Assembly (NCBI GenBank): GCA_043228905.1
Contig: JBHGNT010000009.1
Span: 3,100,001-3,164,000, forward strand
Source of the DNA: Azolla caroliniana
Lineage: Eukaryota; Plantae; Polypodiophyta
Direction of reading: 5' to 3'
DNA length: 64,000 bases
Made by a program: the position numbers and the translations under genes. The notes under the pieces were generated by a model. The model ran no database searches, was not told the origin of the DNA, and worked only from the letters and a program-made list of their open reading frames with translations. This document shows, one piece after another, positions 13,720-27,044 of this stretch (its first letter is position 1; every line of letters begins with the position of its first letter).

Positions 13720-15800
13720 ATCCCCTCGGGTTTCGCCTCCGAGGGTCTCGCGGTTACGCTCATGGTTTGGTTGCACCGTAAGGAACTGGACCGAGTGACG
13801 CCCGTCTTGGCTCTTCACTCTTGCATAGGCCGAACCGTTGTCCAGCACCTTGGTCTCCATCTGTGTCGCCGTGATGTATGGTTCTCCTAGTCCGGATGTG
13901 AGGACGTCTCCTGCACGAAGAAGTGCTGGTCAATCTCGACATCGTCGATTTTCACCCGTACGTTCGGGCAGGCTCCATGTAGTTCTTCTGTGGCGCGCGT
14001 CGCTGCCCGTATTTTCCAGCCGTGTTTGGTGTTGATCAGCCATTTCCCCTTCTTGTAGAAGTCCATGGACATCAAGTTAATTTCTGAACTGTGGTCCACC
14101 AATGCCACCACTGGCTCCTGGACATCCCCGATCTTAACAGGGGTCTCCGTGGTTGCTCTGGCCTAGTACGGCCTCGAATAGTGGCTTTCTGCCAACTCGT
14201 CTTCTAGCGCCACATCCTCTATGTGCGTCGTTCGCACTTCCACCGGCTTCCTCGGCTCTGGCTCTGTCGACAACCTCTTCCTCTTTACCAAGTCTACAAT
14301 GGAGTCGTGGAACTCCTTCTTGGCGATCCCGAGCACTTCCCTCAGCGACAACTCCACTTTGCTGTCGAGGATACGTTCCTCTAGGACCTTTCGCAGGTCT
14401 GTGGTCCTTACAATTTCCGTGCTCAACCGGTACCCGGCCTTCTTGGCTTTATCCGGTGTGCCGGTCGCACCGGCCTCATTCTGCCTTTGGCCGAATCGGG
14501 TCTCATACCGTTGCGAGAGCCCGGCCCCTCCGGTTTTACGTACTCGCTTGTCTTCCACCAGAGCCTCGTAGTTCTGGCATGCGGCTTCAACGAAGCCCGT
14601 CTTCTCTTCGACCGGGTCACTCCACCCGGTTACCTCCCGGACCCGTTTTTTCGCGCGGTCCGCTTCTTCTTTCCTTAGCCGCGCGCCGGCGAGGCCTTCC
14701 AGCATCAGTGGCCAGAATCCGGCTTCGTCCGTCTTCCGGGCCTCACCACCTGCAACCCGGATCCTTGCTGACGCCGAGTAGTGGACGGTCTCCGCGTGGC
14801 GAGCCGCTGCTTCTTCCATCATCCGTTTCATACCCCCTCGCCCGACATTCACACCACATTGGCTCTCATTGCCTCGGCGAAGTCCCCGCAGTCCCTCCGG
14901 ACGTGGCCGACTGCGTCACACCACAAACACCGGTTTCCAGCCAGAGGCCTTCGGTCACGGGCCTGTTCGCCGTCGTCCCTCCGTGCTTGTGCAGTCTGGA
15001 GGTCCTTTACCATCCTAGTAAGCTCCTCTAGAGCTGCTCCTCCGCTCGAGCCTCTGACCATGTCGGTCGGAGTTGATCCGGTCTCGAGCCAGTTTCAGGT
15101 CTCTTCCCTTCACGTTGGTGGGGTTGGCTCAAGATTCCTTGCTGCTATAGAGCCTGCCCCCGTTGATCCTTTATCGACCCACTCTCGTCGTTTGTCAAAA
15201 CGGCCACAAACTCTCTTCACCACGGCCCAGTCGGCCGTTAGCTCATCATCAGTGTCCAGTAGGAGACCCACTTGCTCCCGGTCCCTCGCATCCACCGACT
15301 TAATGAACAGCAGGACGCGACTTCTGTCTAGTACGGTCCGGTCGAGTGCCGAAAGACGCGCGAAGCGTTCTTCGAACTCCCGGAGGAGTACTCACGCGTT
15401 TCTCCCCTTTTCGGGGGTCTCTACCCATTCCATGAAATTCTGTTTCGAGAGCCAAAGCGCGTCGTCAAGCCCGTATTTTTCGAGGAGCCGACCTTCAAAC
15501 TCTTCCCAAGTCCAGTTCTCAGCCTGTACCTTGAGCACCTTGGCATGGATGCCCGGCATCGCCACCCGAGGGAATCCGGTCCGACGCCTTTCTTCCGGAA
15601 TGTCTCTCATTACCATCTCGGCCTAGTAGGCCTCCAAATAGCTCGTGGCGTCTTTCCCACCGAACCGGCCTATCGTGCCGACGACCGCTTCAATAGCCCT
15701 ATCGAGGGCGCCTGCGCCTTCACGTGCACTCACTATCCGATCCACAGTTGAAGCCATGCCTTCCGCGAGATCCGACCCCCTCATCTTTCTATTCCTCTGC
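13720..15800 (-). pseudogene. gag: gag-protease of element A, fragmented
   Basis: RFGGKDATSYL, TWEEFEGRLLEKY, CCHC knuckle, ALVDHSSEINLM protease motif. Confidence 0.85.
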
Positions 15801-15806
15801 CGCTCG

Positions 15807-15824
15807 TTCACGTCGGGTTCACCA
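15807..15824 (-). promoter_or_regulatory. Primer binding site complementary to tRNA-Trp 3' end
   Basis: TTCACGTCGGGTTCACCA matches the plant tRNA-Trp 3' end as I recall it; also at 27710-27727 and 54378-54395; 4 nt from the LTR. Confidence 0.85.
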
Positions 15825-18800
15825 AAGATGTCGCGTTGTTACGTGCGTGCATGTAGAGGGCGGGACCACGGGGTCTTGGACCGAGGAGTAGCTGAGAAGG
15901 AGGAGAACGGAAAGGCAGCGGACACACTTTCACACACACAGACGCGGGAGCAGACAGGTATCACAGTCCGACAACACAACAATACGACGACTAGAAGTCC
16001 ATGTATATGAACGCGTATGTATAGAAATATACAAAGATATATCAAGACGGTTACAACTACAGGCTGGCAAGGCGAACAATGACGCCTGTTCGCTCACATG
16101 CAGAAGAGCGAGATGGAGACTCTGCTGGAACCACACGGGAGTTCCACGGAGCAGAGTCAGCCTCCCGAAACCCTGCGCCAGCAAATACAGAGAAAGAAGG
16201 AGGAAAAGAGCTTGGTCCCAGTCCGACAGCACTTCGTCCTCGACAAAAAGCAATCCCCTCTTTTTTTTCATTCCTCTCCCTCTCTTTTATAGCCCAAGGA
16301 GGGAGGCCGTTATCATTCGGACAGAGATACACCTCGATTCTTTCCTTATTGAATGCGTGCTACCTAGGATTTCACCTTAGCGGACTTGTACCTAGCTACT
16401 TACTATACAACGAAAAGTGTGCTCGCGTGTAAGGGCCGGTTTACACATGCTAAACTCAGTTTCCACCTAGGGACGGTTTTCTTCACGACACCGGTGTGAG
16501 GTTCTCTGCTTCGTCCCTTGTACTTCTCCCGGATTGGTCGTCGCTCTCTTTGTTGTGCTCCTGCCTCCATCTTCCATCTCTTTCGGTCTCACGTTGCCAC
16601 GCCGGCCGAACTGTCGAAGTCTCCGATCAAGATGTGCGGACACCGATTTTGTAACGACTCTCGACGACTCATCCGCAGGCTCCGACCCTTTTAGTGGTGT
16701 CGGTGGAAGGCATCCGCTCTATGCTCAATCAAGCCTCATCTGGGCTTGATTCTCCAATGTCCGGAGATTCGGCTCCTATGCCGATCCTTCTTTCCGATTC
16801 CCGACCTTTGCCCGGCCGATCTTTCTCCCCATGTAAAAGAGGGCGGTTCGTCCCACACCCTCTTCCATGTCGGCACCTTCATGCCGAACCTTGCCCCAGT
16901 CGCACGATCCACGTCCGGATCGTGCTCCACCCGAATCGGGATACCGACCAGTCCAATCCCCGGCCGGTTCGACTTCCGATTTGGCTTCTTTCGATGCCAG
17001 CTCTCATTTCCTCCTTCCTTACCGCGGCTCCGTCCCCGACCTCCTCGTAGGCCATTTCCCATCTGTCTTCGTTGGCATCATGCCAGGACTCCTCGCTTGT
17101 GCCTTCCATCTCTCCGGTCTTATGTCGGCACACGGCTCAATTGCCAGAGTCTCCAGAATCCGCATGGAGGGCTCTTCTCCGCTCCCGACCTCCTCCTTGG
17201 CCGGTCTTTCTCCGCAAGTCGAGAGGGCGTCTTGATCCACACCCTCTCCCATGGTACCATCATGCCAGTCTTCGGCCTCTGCCTGGGCCATGCCCGCCTC
17301 GTCCGGAAGGTCGACTAGCTTTGAGTCTTCAGAATCCGGTCGCGTGCCGGATCTCTCTTCCTCCTCAACCATCGCCTTCAGAGCCTCGAACGCTTCCCGG
17401 ATCAAGGCTTTGAGATCGAGCTTCGCCTATCCTTCTTGATGCGTGCTCGCTTCCTACCGTGATGACACGCCGTCACACGTTATCTTTCTTTTTCCCTTCG
17501 CGGACCGCTCCTTGTCCAACCGTCAGCACACTCGTTCGACTTCGAACCAGTCCTTAGTAAGGCCATTCGCTTCGTCATCGACTTCGAGCTCAATCCTGAT
17601 CGCCTCCCATTCTACTCTTTCAATCGACCTAACGAACAACAAGACTTTGTCCACCCCAACCAGACTTTGTTCCCGCTCCGGGAGTCGTGTGAAGCGCCAC
17701 TCGAACTCCTAGAACGCCTTAGTTAATCCATGGTGGGTCTTGGACAATGCAACCCACTGGTCGAAGTCGTGTCGTCCCTGGCTCTTCTGACGTCCTCCAT
17801 ATGCCTGCAGGAGCACCTTTTCGAAGGCCTCCCACGAACTATGAGCTTCTCGGAGCTCCTTCACTTCCGCGTGCATACGGACAACGACGATCCGACAGAA
17901 GAACTCTAGCCTCAACGCCTCGTCTACGTCTCGGACCATCCATTTTTGCATTGTAGGCTTCCAAGAAGAATGGGACTTTGTCCCCGTTAAAACGGTTGAC
18001 TCTTTCGACCACTCACTCGATAGCTTGCTACGCCGCTTCCCGTCTTGTTGTTGCTCATCCAAACTCCCTCACCGCTTCGACAAAAAGTTGTGCGAAGTCG
18101 TCTTCTTCCAACTCCATTCTCCCTTGCTGCCCTTCACGTCGGGTTGTCGCGCTCTTATGCGCGTGCGTGTAGAAGGGCGGGACCACAGGGGTCTCGAACT
18201 AGGAAGAGATAGATGCCGGGAAGCCGACCCTGTCCGGTCCAACTGCAGCAGTTGTGGTACAAATCGGGGCTATTCCGGACACGTACAGGAAGCCGCTGAG
18301 GACTAGAGAAGAGAGAGAGAGAGAGAGAGAGAATAAGCTCACAATATCGTTTCACTGACTCAGAGCACACCTCGTATGTATAGAGAACAGAGTAAGGGAA
18401 ACACACGCTATACCAGCAGAGATTCAAACTCTCGCATCCTTATATATATGTATAGATATGTATATTTACAAAGATAGATACAAACCCTGCTTCGAGCTAG
18501 GCTACGCTCAGAACAGACACGAGGTCTCAACATGCACAACGCCGAAGAAGGAGAAGAAGAAGAACACAAACCCGAACAGAGCTTTGTCGCCATGGCTGCG
18601 GCGCCCCAACTTCTCAAGAAGGAGAAGAAGAAGAACACAAATCCTAAAGAAAATTACTAACCCTAGACAAATTCTTAAGTAAATAACCCTAGATCAAAAT
18701 GGTATATACCCTTATGACTCAAAATGGGCAACCCCTTCACAAGAGACCCCTCCCTTCCTTTTATAGCCCAAGGAGGGAGGGACATCACAATATACACCGT

Positions 18801-18888
18801 TTTCCTACTATACATGTGCACATGTTGCACACCACCGACTTGCCCATTCCACCCCGGTTTCACACTATAGTCGGAAATCTTCACAACA

Positions 18889-21800
18889 ACGTGTTCTTGC
18901 ATTGTGGTAACTTTGCATAGTAGTTGCCATACACGTCACACTCACCAACGTTGAACATGTTGCCCAAACCTTCCCTCACGACTTCTTCCAATATTATATT
19001 TCCTTGCTTGCACACCACAATGTAGTAGTCTTCAAAATCTTCATTTTGAGGAGATTTGAGCACTGCAAAATGATCTCCAACTTCCAATAATACTGCCAAG
19101 TCCTCACATTGGTTGTAGTATACAATATTGTCTGCATGTTCGTCTTCCGGGATATCCACACATTGTTCAATCTCAAGCTTCTATAGCTTCCATGGCTCTA
19201 CAATTGATAGATTGGTGCATTCATCCCAAGCTTCATCTAAACACATGGAACAAAAGCACGATAAACTGCGGAATAACAATCGTGTTGTGTCCCTGCAACT
19301 GAACCCTAAAACACAATGTGTCTTGCGCGTCCCTTTCACAGTTTTACAACCATACGATTTACTCCTATCCACCTCATTAGCACCAACCTCAATAAACAAT
19401 CTATTCTTACCATCATCTGACATCTTCCATGTCAGCCACCCCACAACATCATGTGCATTTTGTAACTTCACACCTTTATTATCCAACTGTTCATTTGTAA
19501 GAGCACGCTTGATCACAACCCCCGTGCCATCGTGCTCTCCTTTTCCATGTCCAGACCCGAAGTAGTTCCATTGCATCCTAATGTTTGTGAATGAGAAGTA
19601 TCTGGGTGTTTTGCATGACAGTTAGCCAACAAACAGAGTTAGTGCATTACTAGAGCTTACATCTCTTAACATGACTTAAACCAAAATTTCCACTAATGCA
19701 TGAGAGAGGACAATACTAAGTTATAAATTAAAAGAAATGAACGAGAGTGGATAGTACTAAGCTATTGATTAGTACTAATGCATGAGAGAGGACAATCCTA
19801 AGTTATAACTTGGTCTTAATGAACAAAGTTGGATAGTACTAAGTTAATAATTAGTAGTAATGAGCATAGTTGGATAGTTCTCATGCTAATAATTAGTACT
19901 AATGTTTGTACTACTGGGCCATGACAATCATAAGTTATAAACTTGTGTTAATGAACAAAGTTGGACAGTACTAAGTTATTATTTAGTACTAATGCACTAG
20001 AGAGACCCATCCTAATTAGTACTAATGAACAAAGTTATAAATGAGTAGATGACTGAAAGAAGATAGTACTAAGTTATTCATTAGTACTAATGCACGACAA
20101 AGGACAATGCTAAGTTACAAATTAGTACTCCTGCCTGTGGGATGACACCACAAAGTTATCAATTAGTACTTGTGAATGCGGGATCTGAGTACTAAGTTGT
20201 AAAACATAGTCAATACTTGTGCATGTGGGATGATAGTATTAAGTTGTAAAATAAGGGTACTTTACAAGGCGTTGAACCGTAGTCAGTACTTGTGCATGTG
20301 GGATGATACTACTAAGTTGTAAAATAAGGATACTTTTCAAGGCTTTGAACCATACATACAAAACTTACACCATAATTAATACAAACATTTCAAGACAGTA
20401 CTGGTGCATGTAGTAGGAGAATTACTAATTGTATTTTATACAAACATTTTTTATGACTGTTCATATAATATTCGTACTAGTAGGAAACTCAAGCAATAGA
20501 TGATGTACTATGAAGTATTACCACAATAGACTTCTAGTTATAAGTACCAATCATATGGATCATTTCCTTACCTTGCAATGAAGTAGGACCAAGCCGCCTT
20601 AAATTGCGAGGCAACACCATCAGACCAGACCCAATGGCAATAAAAGTTAACACCCAAGGATAATAAATTTGCGTGGTGAAGCTTAAAACAATGTTGAACA
20701 AATAGCGTATCATGCTTTTTGTCATCTAAAATATAGAATATTGATTTCTTATTTAAATCACCATCTTTTCTCTAGTAGAAAATATGTACAAGTATTGTAC
20801 ATTGGTCATTGTACCAATGCATTGACTGAACCTCATTTTGAACTTTAAAGGTATAGTTCTCTGCAAAGTCAATAATAGATACCATAACATCCGATGGTAA
20901 GTTATTTATGCATTCCTTGAACTGTGAATTTTGCCAATAACTCCTAAAGTTATGTGGAATGAACTCCCCGAGTTGCTTCTTAAACTCTGAGACAAGGGTA
21001 GCAACACATGTCTCCTTATATACTTCCTTGATATGCTTACTAATGAGACCCTTACCTATATTTTCTGTCACATACTCTAAATATTTCCATTTCACAATAT
21101 GACAATTATCCACGTCAACCTCCTGTATACAAAATAATGGTTGTAGGCAAACCTTACATGTTCTGACAAGACATGTACGATTATGCCACTCAAATGACGG
21201 TTGTTTTTCACAAACAAAAGACGTCCATAACTCAGAAACAGTTGCATAAGTCATGTTTCGCGCATTACATCTATTACCACTCCCATTTGGTGTACATACC
21301 TCACAAGTGCAAACACAGCCATCCCTGTGTATACCCTTAGAATCAGTACGCATATTGTTCACGCCAAGCCTTAACATGTCCATTTTAATGTGGTACACAC
21401 AACAACATGTGTTCCGCGCCTTTAACTTTCTAACAAAAAATGGTTTCAAACCTTGGAACTTGTGAAATCCAAGATTGATGCTAAGATGTTGGTCTTTGAT
21501 GTTCATGAACAATTCAGCCTACATCACTCAATAAATAGGTAACATTAATAGAAGCATTTAGTAAACAACAAAATATTTAAAACCAAATAGATAAAAATTT
21601 GAATTACCTCAGTCATCTCCAAGAAGTGTTTTGGGTGAATCTGGTACCTACCCCGACTTATACGTTGTCTACATACATCTTTTTTATTAGGTGAGACACG
21701 TGTGTTTTTTGCCCAAAAGGAACCCACTTCCTCAATAATCTCATGAAACAATGCTTGACATCATCGTCTACAGCCTAACCCCAACTACTTAAATTGATTT

Positions 21801-23558
21801 GATTGTATATTTGTTCGATGCTTCCTCAAGTTCCTTCTTTGGATACTAAGTGCTAAGGCAACTTTAGTATCACTATTTTTTTATTTTTTTGTACCATTTA
21901 CAACCATGTGAAGGATTGCTCTCTTTGCACCAAGCTTATCTATGCTCTCTACCCCTTTCACTCTTCAATTTCCTCTGAAACACATTGGTCCCTAAACTTA
22001 ATATTCTCCATGTCTTCATTCAAAAGTTGATGGTGCAACACTTTAGAGATAATATCCCTACGATCCTCCAAGCTAAATCTCTCAATTACTTCTAGTAAAT
22101 AACGGACTATGTGAAGAACCACCCATCTCTTGCTCCTCTCAGACATAGATTTGCTAAGGGACACCTTGCTCTCCTCATCGACGACCATTGTCACTCTCAT
22201 ATATTCCAGCACCTAATTTCTTGTTATTTCAACACCTAATTAATCAGAATAAGTGCTTAATACATTGTAAAATCAACATAGTTAATACCCCATAGCATAA
22301 ACATCAACCGGAAATCAGATAAACATTTGAGAGTTTGCCACAATCATATATTCCTTTTCCAAAACAATTAACGTCTAAGAAATAATTGCATCAATTAACT
22401 TGTTGTTTGAAATACATAAGTTTTATGACTCACAAGATGATGAGATGCATGCATATTATTTACATCATGAAGTCTTCTTAACTAGAGTTTAAGACTAAGA
22501 TAAGTATAACATAACTTATGTTATGCATGAGTTCATAACACAAACACTATTCATTTACTTTTTCCATCAAAAACACCCCCATCAATGAAATTCAAATCCG
22601 TTGATTCTTCAAACCATTTATCAAGCCTTATTAATAGATTGGTATTCATGTTAAACGTTTCAACCCATATAAAACCTTAACATGGATCAATTTAAGACTC
22701 CCCTGAAGATTGCTAGAACATAAAAACACAATTTATGTTTAGCGTTTTCCATTATGAATAACTTATGTCAACTCAAACTATATATTTTGCTGCAGGAGGC
22801 TAGTCATTTTACAAGCCCAGCCTGGATGTTGCTAATCCATCATATCATTAAAACATCCACAATGATCAGTAAAATGACCAAAAGCACTTGGTTGAAACCA
22901 TTGGTCAAAACATTACAAACTCCAAATATGCAGGTTCTAACCACTTGGCTAACAAGGCTGGTGTAAATATTTCAGATTCATGTTATCATGTCATGTTTAC
23001 ATTATTTTAAGATTCCTATTTAACATTAATATTCATATGTGCCAATTTAAGATTGCTAGAGTATACATTCAATTAACAGTACTGTATAGAAATAACCACT
23101 TTATAGAAATAGGTGCAGACATACAAAATGAAAGAGAAATGGAGAAGACATACCGATGGAAGGAGAAGATGGGGAAGATGAGTGATGCAGAGAACAACAA
23201 AACGACATTTTGAGTGCGCTGTGAAGACCTGAGTTGGAAGGCAGAACACCAAAGTGCACTGTGAAGACCTGTGTTGTCTCAGTTGGAAGGCGGAAGAGGC
23301 GACGCCTGGGAGAAAAGCCAAAAGGATTTAATGTGGCGTCCTAAATTAAAAGTGAGGTGGAAAGAGCCCCCAAAACAATCATGAATACGTAGCAACTGTC
23401 CCCCCACCCATTCCCTGACTTTAATGCAACGTACACCACTCCCTAAAAAGATTTTAATTATTTTCAAATTTTTTTTAATTCACTCAGTACTAACAATACT
23501 CGTGTTATTTTTACCCAAAAATAGTACTTTTTTGGTACATCGTAGCGTGCTTCAACCC
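18889..23558 (-). mobile_element. Sola2-like DNA transposon, spliced degenerate transposase; left part truncated by element E
   Basis: DFAENY..QNEVQSMHW, WSDG..QFK, FGSGHGKGEHDG, cys-rich motifs; terminus 5'-GGG at 23558 interrupts protease DSGSSH|N of chromovirus C2; GT-AG introns 21519-21607 and 19602-20571. Confidence 0.75.
19690..20420. repeat. Degenerate ~35-40 bp tandem array with TAGTACTA palindromic cores inside the transposase intron
   Basis: Recurrent GATAGTACTAAGTT / ATTAGTACTAATG units. Confidence 0.75.
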
Positions 23559-26500
23559 GTGTGAGCTTCCCGAATCAAACAAAAATTGTACAGGAGATCC
23601 ATTGATATACCTGTTTGCACGTACTAAACCATTGGGACCCAATACATAGTGAGGGAAAGAACATTGACAATTACTGAAATGATGTGTATAGACCTGAAGG
23701 ACATTAGGAATCTGACCTTTATGATCTACAGCTTTAGCTTTGCTGTCGTGCTCTTTCCGTTGGAGCTTTTGACATTGTTCTTTTGTATGACCCTTCTTTC
23801 TGCAGAATACGCAAAAAGGATGTTGTCGCTTACAATCGCGATCCATGAATTCGTTGGGTGTCTTGAGTTTTCCAATGAATTGCGACTGCTTAGTCCCGAG
23901 CGCTTCGTTGGGTTTGTTGTGGTCCTTCGAAGTGCGTTGATAGCGAAGAACTATGGATCCTTATCGCGCACTATCCAGTGATAGTCTGAATTGGTGATGC
24001 CATTGACAAAACAAGCTATTAACCAATTGTCCCCTTCTAGACCCGATTTTTGGATTTGGGTTCTAGCATGGTGGACATAGTCTTCTAGCGAAGAAAATTT
24101 CCTGCTAGAGAGGTTCATTAAACCTTGAGTTGCCTCGGTTCGAGAGGGAGGTTGCAAAAATTGGCCCTTAAAAACTCTGACAAAATCTGTCCAAGTATCG
24201 AGCAATTTCCCCAAAGTTTGGAGCCCACGCCACTAGGCGGGGGCCTTATCCCCTAGTTCTCGGCCGACATATGCAATCTTCGTAATATGTGGCGTGGGAT
24301 AGAGCTCAAAATGAGACTCCCATTGGCCCAGCCACGTGCAGATTGCTTCTTCGGTTCTCTCCTTTTTTTCTCCCGTAAATGGCTTAACGACAAACGATGG
24401 TTCACCCTGTCGCTCATCAGGTCTATTAGTCTCACGTTGTAAACTAATGACACGTGCCTTGAGAGCACTTTGAGATTGCCGAAGTTCGGTCATCTGTTGA
24501 GCGGTGAAACTAAGGTATTGGGTTATTTGCGAAAAATACATAGATGACATCGGGTCATTATTTTGAGCCATTGAATGATTATTTCTGACAAAGAAATAGC
24601 ATAAGGTCAAACAAATAGTCATAACATCATGTCGTGATGTAAACATATCATGGGCAAACATTAATCGATATCATGATCTCACGTTAATACCCCTCTAGAC
24701 GTATGAGATGAGGTTCAAGATCAGGTTACTATGGTAACACAAAGGTGTTTTAAAAACCATGGGGGTGACAAATAAATGTCTTTCCCTAATCTCTATATCG
24801 ATTTTTTTCATGGCGGCTCCCCGAGGCTCAACCATGTATGTTCGCGTCATGAATAGTTTATACACGAAAAAAATGTTAACAATAAACTATGTTTCGGTGC
24901 CCACATATGTGGTTTCGGCTCTTTAAGTCCTATTACGAGGACCCCGAAGTGCACTTAGACCTCAAGTCTAAACATGTGTTATAATCATATATATCAACAA
25001 TGTCGTATGGTCTTGGTCATATTTGAACTCGAGACCTCGAGAACAAATGCATTAAACACTTGAGCCAACCAAGTAGATTGCTCTTCTTGAATGTTTAATG
25101 TTTCAGGCGTATAAGAAATATGCGAGGCATTTTCCCATATATGTTTTTTTAAAAGAAACATATATGTCAAGAGTCCTTATTTCCCCCTCGTTTACTACAA
25201 AATATGTTGGTACGTTACCTATCCTCAAGTCTCGTAATTACGATGGCATATGCCAAACTGCAACCTAATGGTCAAGCCAAATGAGCCCTCTTTTTATAGT
25301 AGGCCCACGTGGCCCATCACATGGTTACGTCATTACAAATGCCTCTCGTAAGAATGATCTCATGGTGGCATCGTATCCATGTAACGAGGGAGGGATGTTG
25401 GATATGTGTGTCATAGGAGAGACCTCACATGAAGTGGGTCAAGCCCTACGTTCTCAACATCATTGTGGCTATAGGCATTTCTTTACGTAATAAAATCGAA
25501 GTCACCAACGGGAATGTCAACAATAAAAAATTGTTGAAAAAAAGGATGGTGACGACGCCATTCTAACAAAAATGTGAGGATGGCCACCAAGATCCTTTCC
25601 CCGAAAAGGAAAACATTCGATATTAAAATCATGTAATAACTTATATACACATATGTATATTATCACATATATATAATCAAATTACGTATACATGTGACCA
25701 CATATGTGTATATTAAACAAATCGTTACATCAAATAGCCATAAATGATATAATCGAGATACGTAATCGAGGCATATACCTCTACGCAAACGAAACATCCA
25801 AAAATAAGGGTTCACCGTAATACGCAATTGAGGTATTGATCTCTTATGCATACGAGACCAAACGCATATCATTTACAACGAAATCGAGGTATTGACCTCA
25901 TACGCATACGTAACATATGTATGTGAGCGTAATACGCAATTGAGGTATTAACCTCGTGCGCATACGACACTAATCACATATTCAAACTATGTCAAATGAG
26001 GTATTGACCTCATACACATATGTAAACATTTTATACAACCAATTAATTACCACTACAACATCATTAAATTAATGAAAACAATTACATATAGACTATACAC
26101 ATGATTAGATGAGAGAAGAAAAAATTGAAAAAGAATAAGGAAAGAGTTACTAAAGTTCCTTTGTTGATCGTTGTCTGGATCAAGGCTGGCCGCACATCGA
26201 TCAATCACCATCAATCAACAAGACAAAAGACAACAAAAGAAACATTAGAACATAGGCTCTGAAACCAACTATTAGAGACATGAACTAATGTAAGCATAAA
26301 ATAAGGATAAAAGATAGATCTAGATAGAAATGAGAGAGAGAAAGAAGGGTGCAAATCCACCCGATCACCCCCGAGCGAAGGGATCGAGACAAACTCGAGC
26401 CTCGATCGGCGTCCCATACAACCACCATGGCGTCGAATCGTACCTGGTGCTGGCACAATCGCTAAAAGAGTTGATCCACCACGAAATAGAGTCTCGATGT

Positions 26501-26724
26501 AGTCAACAAGATGATGAAATGAGGGTAGCTAGGCCTCTTATTTATAGCGATACCCAAGGCCCCCAGGCAAGTTCACACTTGGCCTAATGGGTTGTCTCAA
26601 TCCCGAGGATTAAAAGTAATCCTCCCCTTCTTTATACTCTCGTTTAACCCTCACAATTATCCATGTGTATAGAATACTACGGTAAATTCTCACCACGGGA
26701 TATTATATGGTCATGCCCGTAATA
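23559..26724 (-). mobile_element. 5' part of Met-primed chromovirus family C (copy C2): LTR 26270-26724, long leader, gag, start of protease
   Basis: Reverse complement of 43940-47550; PBS TGGTTTCAGAGC; gag with CVFCRKKGHTKEQC; FLFDSGSSH. Confidence 0.9.
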
Positions 26725-26959
26725 GGTGGCCTCTGAATAGAGGAGATCAGCAAGTGAAATAGTTGTCCTTTACGGACAAGCTTCGTCTTTACAATGTTTT
26801 CTTTGATCCGATTTTGCTTTGAGGTGAGTATTCCCGATGCAATGTGCCCCCCTGGAAGAATAACTTCGAGCTCGATATCTTCCTCCTCATCTTCCATGAA
26901 CTTGAGTATATTGGGCTCGTCCTCCTCAGGGTGTTGCCTTTTCTTGTACTTCTTATGTT

Positions 26960-27040
26960 CCGACTTTATTCAGGACCTGCAGCTGGTCAACAAGGTGACC
27001 ATTCGGAACGCAGGAATCGGACCGACCATTGACGAGTTTT
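26960..27040 (+). pseudogene. Short plus-strand RT fragment of the Trp-primed Gypsy family
   Basis: FIQDLQLVNKVTIRNAGIGPTIDEF, nearly identical to RT of elements A and B. Confidence 0.75.
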
Positions 27041-27044
27041 GTAG

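Larger units (their letters stand above)
9531..16490 (-). mobile_element. Near full-length non-chromovirus Ty3/Gypsy element (A), tRNA-Trp primed; LTRs 9531-10156 and 15829-16490
   Basis: TG..CA LTR pair, 4-bp TSD CCAG/CCGG (one mismatch), PPT 10157-10173, PBS 15807-15824, gag with CLWCDAVGHVRRDC knuckle, PR, RT (FLDD), RNase H, IN. Confidence 0.95.
7092..18888 (-). mobile_element. Non-autonomous gag-only Gypsy element (E); LTRs ~7092-7766 and 18145-18888; hosts element A
   Basis: Two similar LTRs; partial tRNA-Trp PBS (TTCACGTCGGGT) just left of 18145; PPT-like tract at 7767-7785; gag-like ORF 17709-18062; no pol in its own internal sequence. Confidence 0.8.

Noticed and set aside
25765-26015. 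CRISPR-like palindromic repeats with spacers
   Set aside because: Eukaryotic retroelement leader, no cas genes, alternate spacers resemble each other and recur in all element copies.
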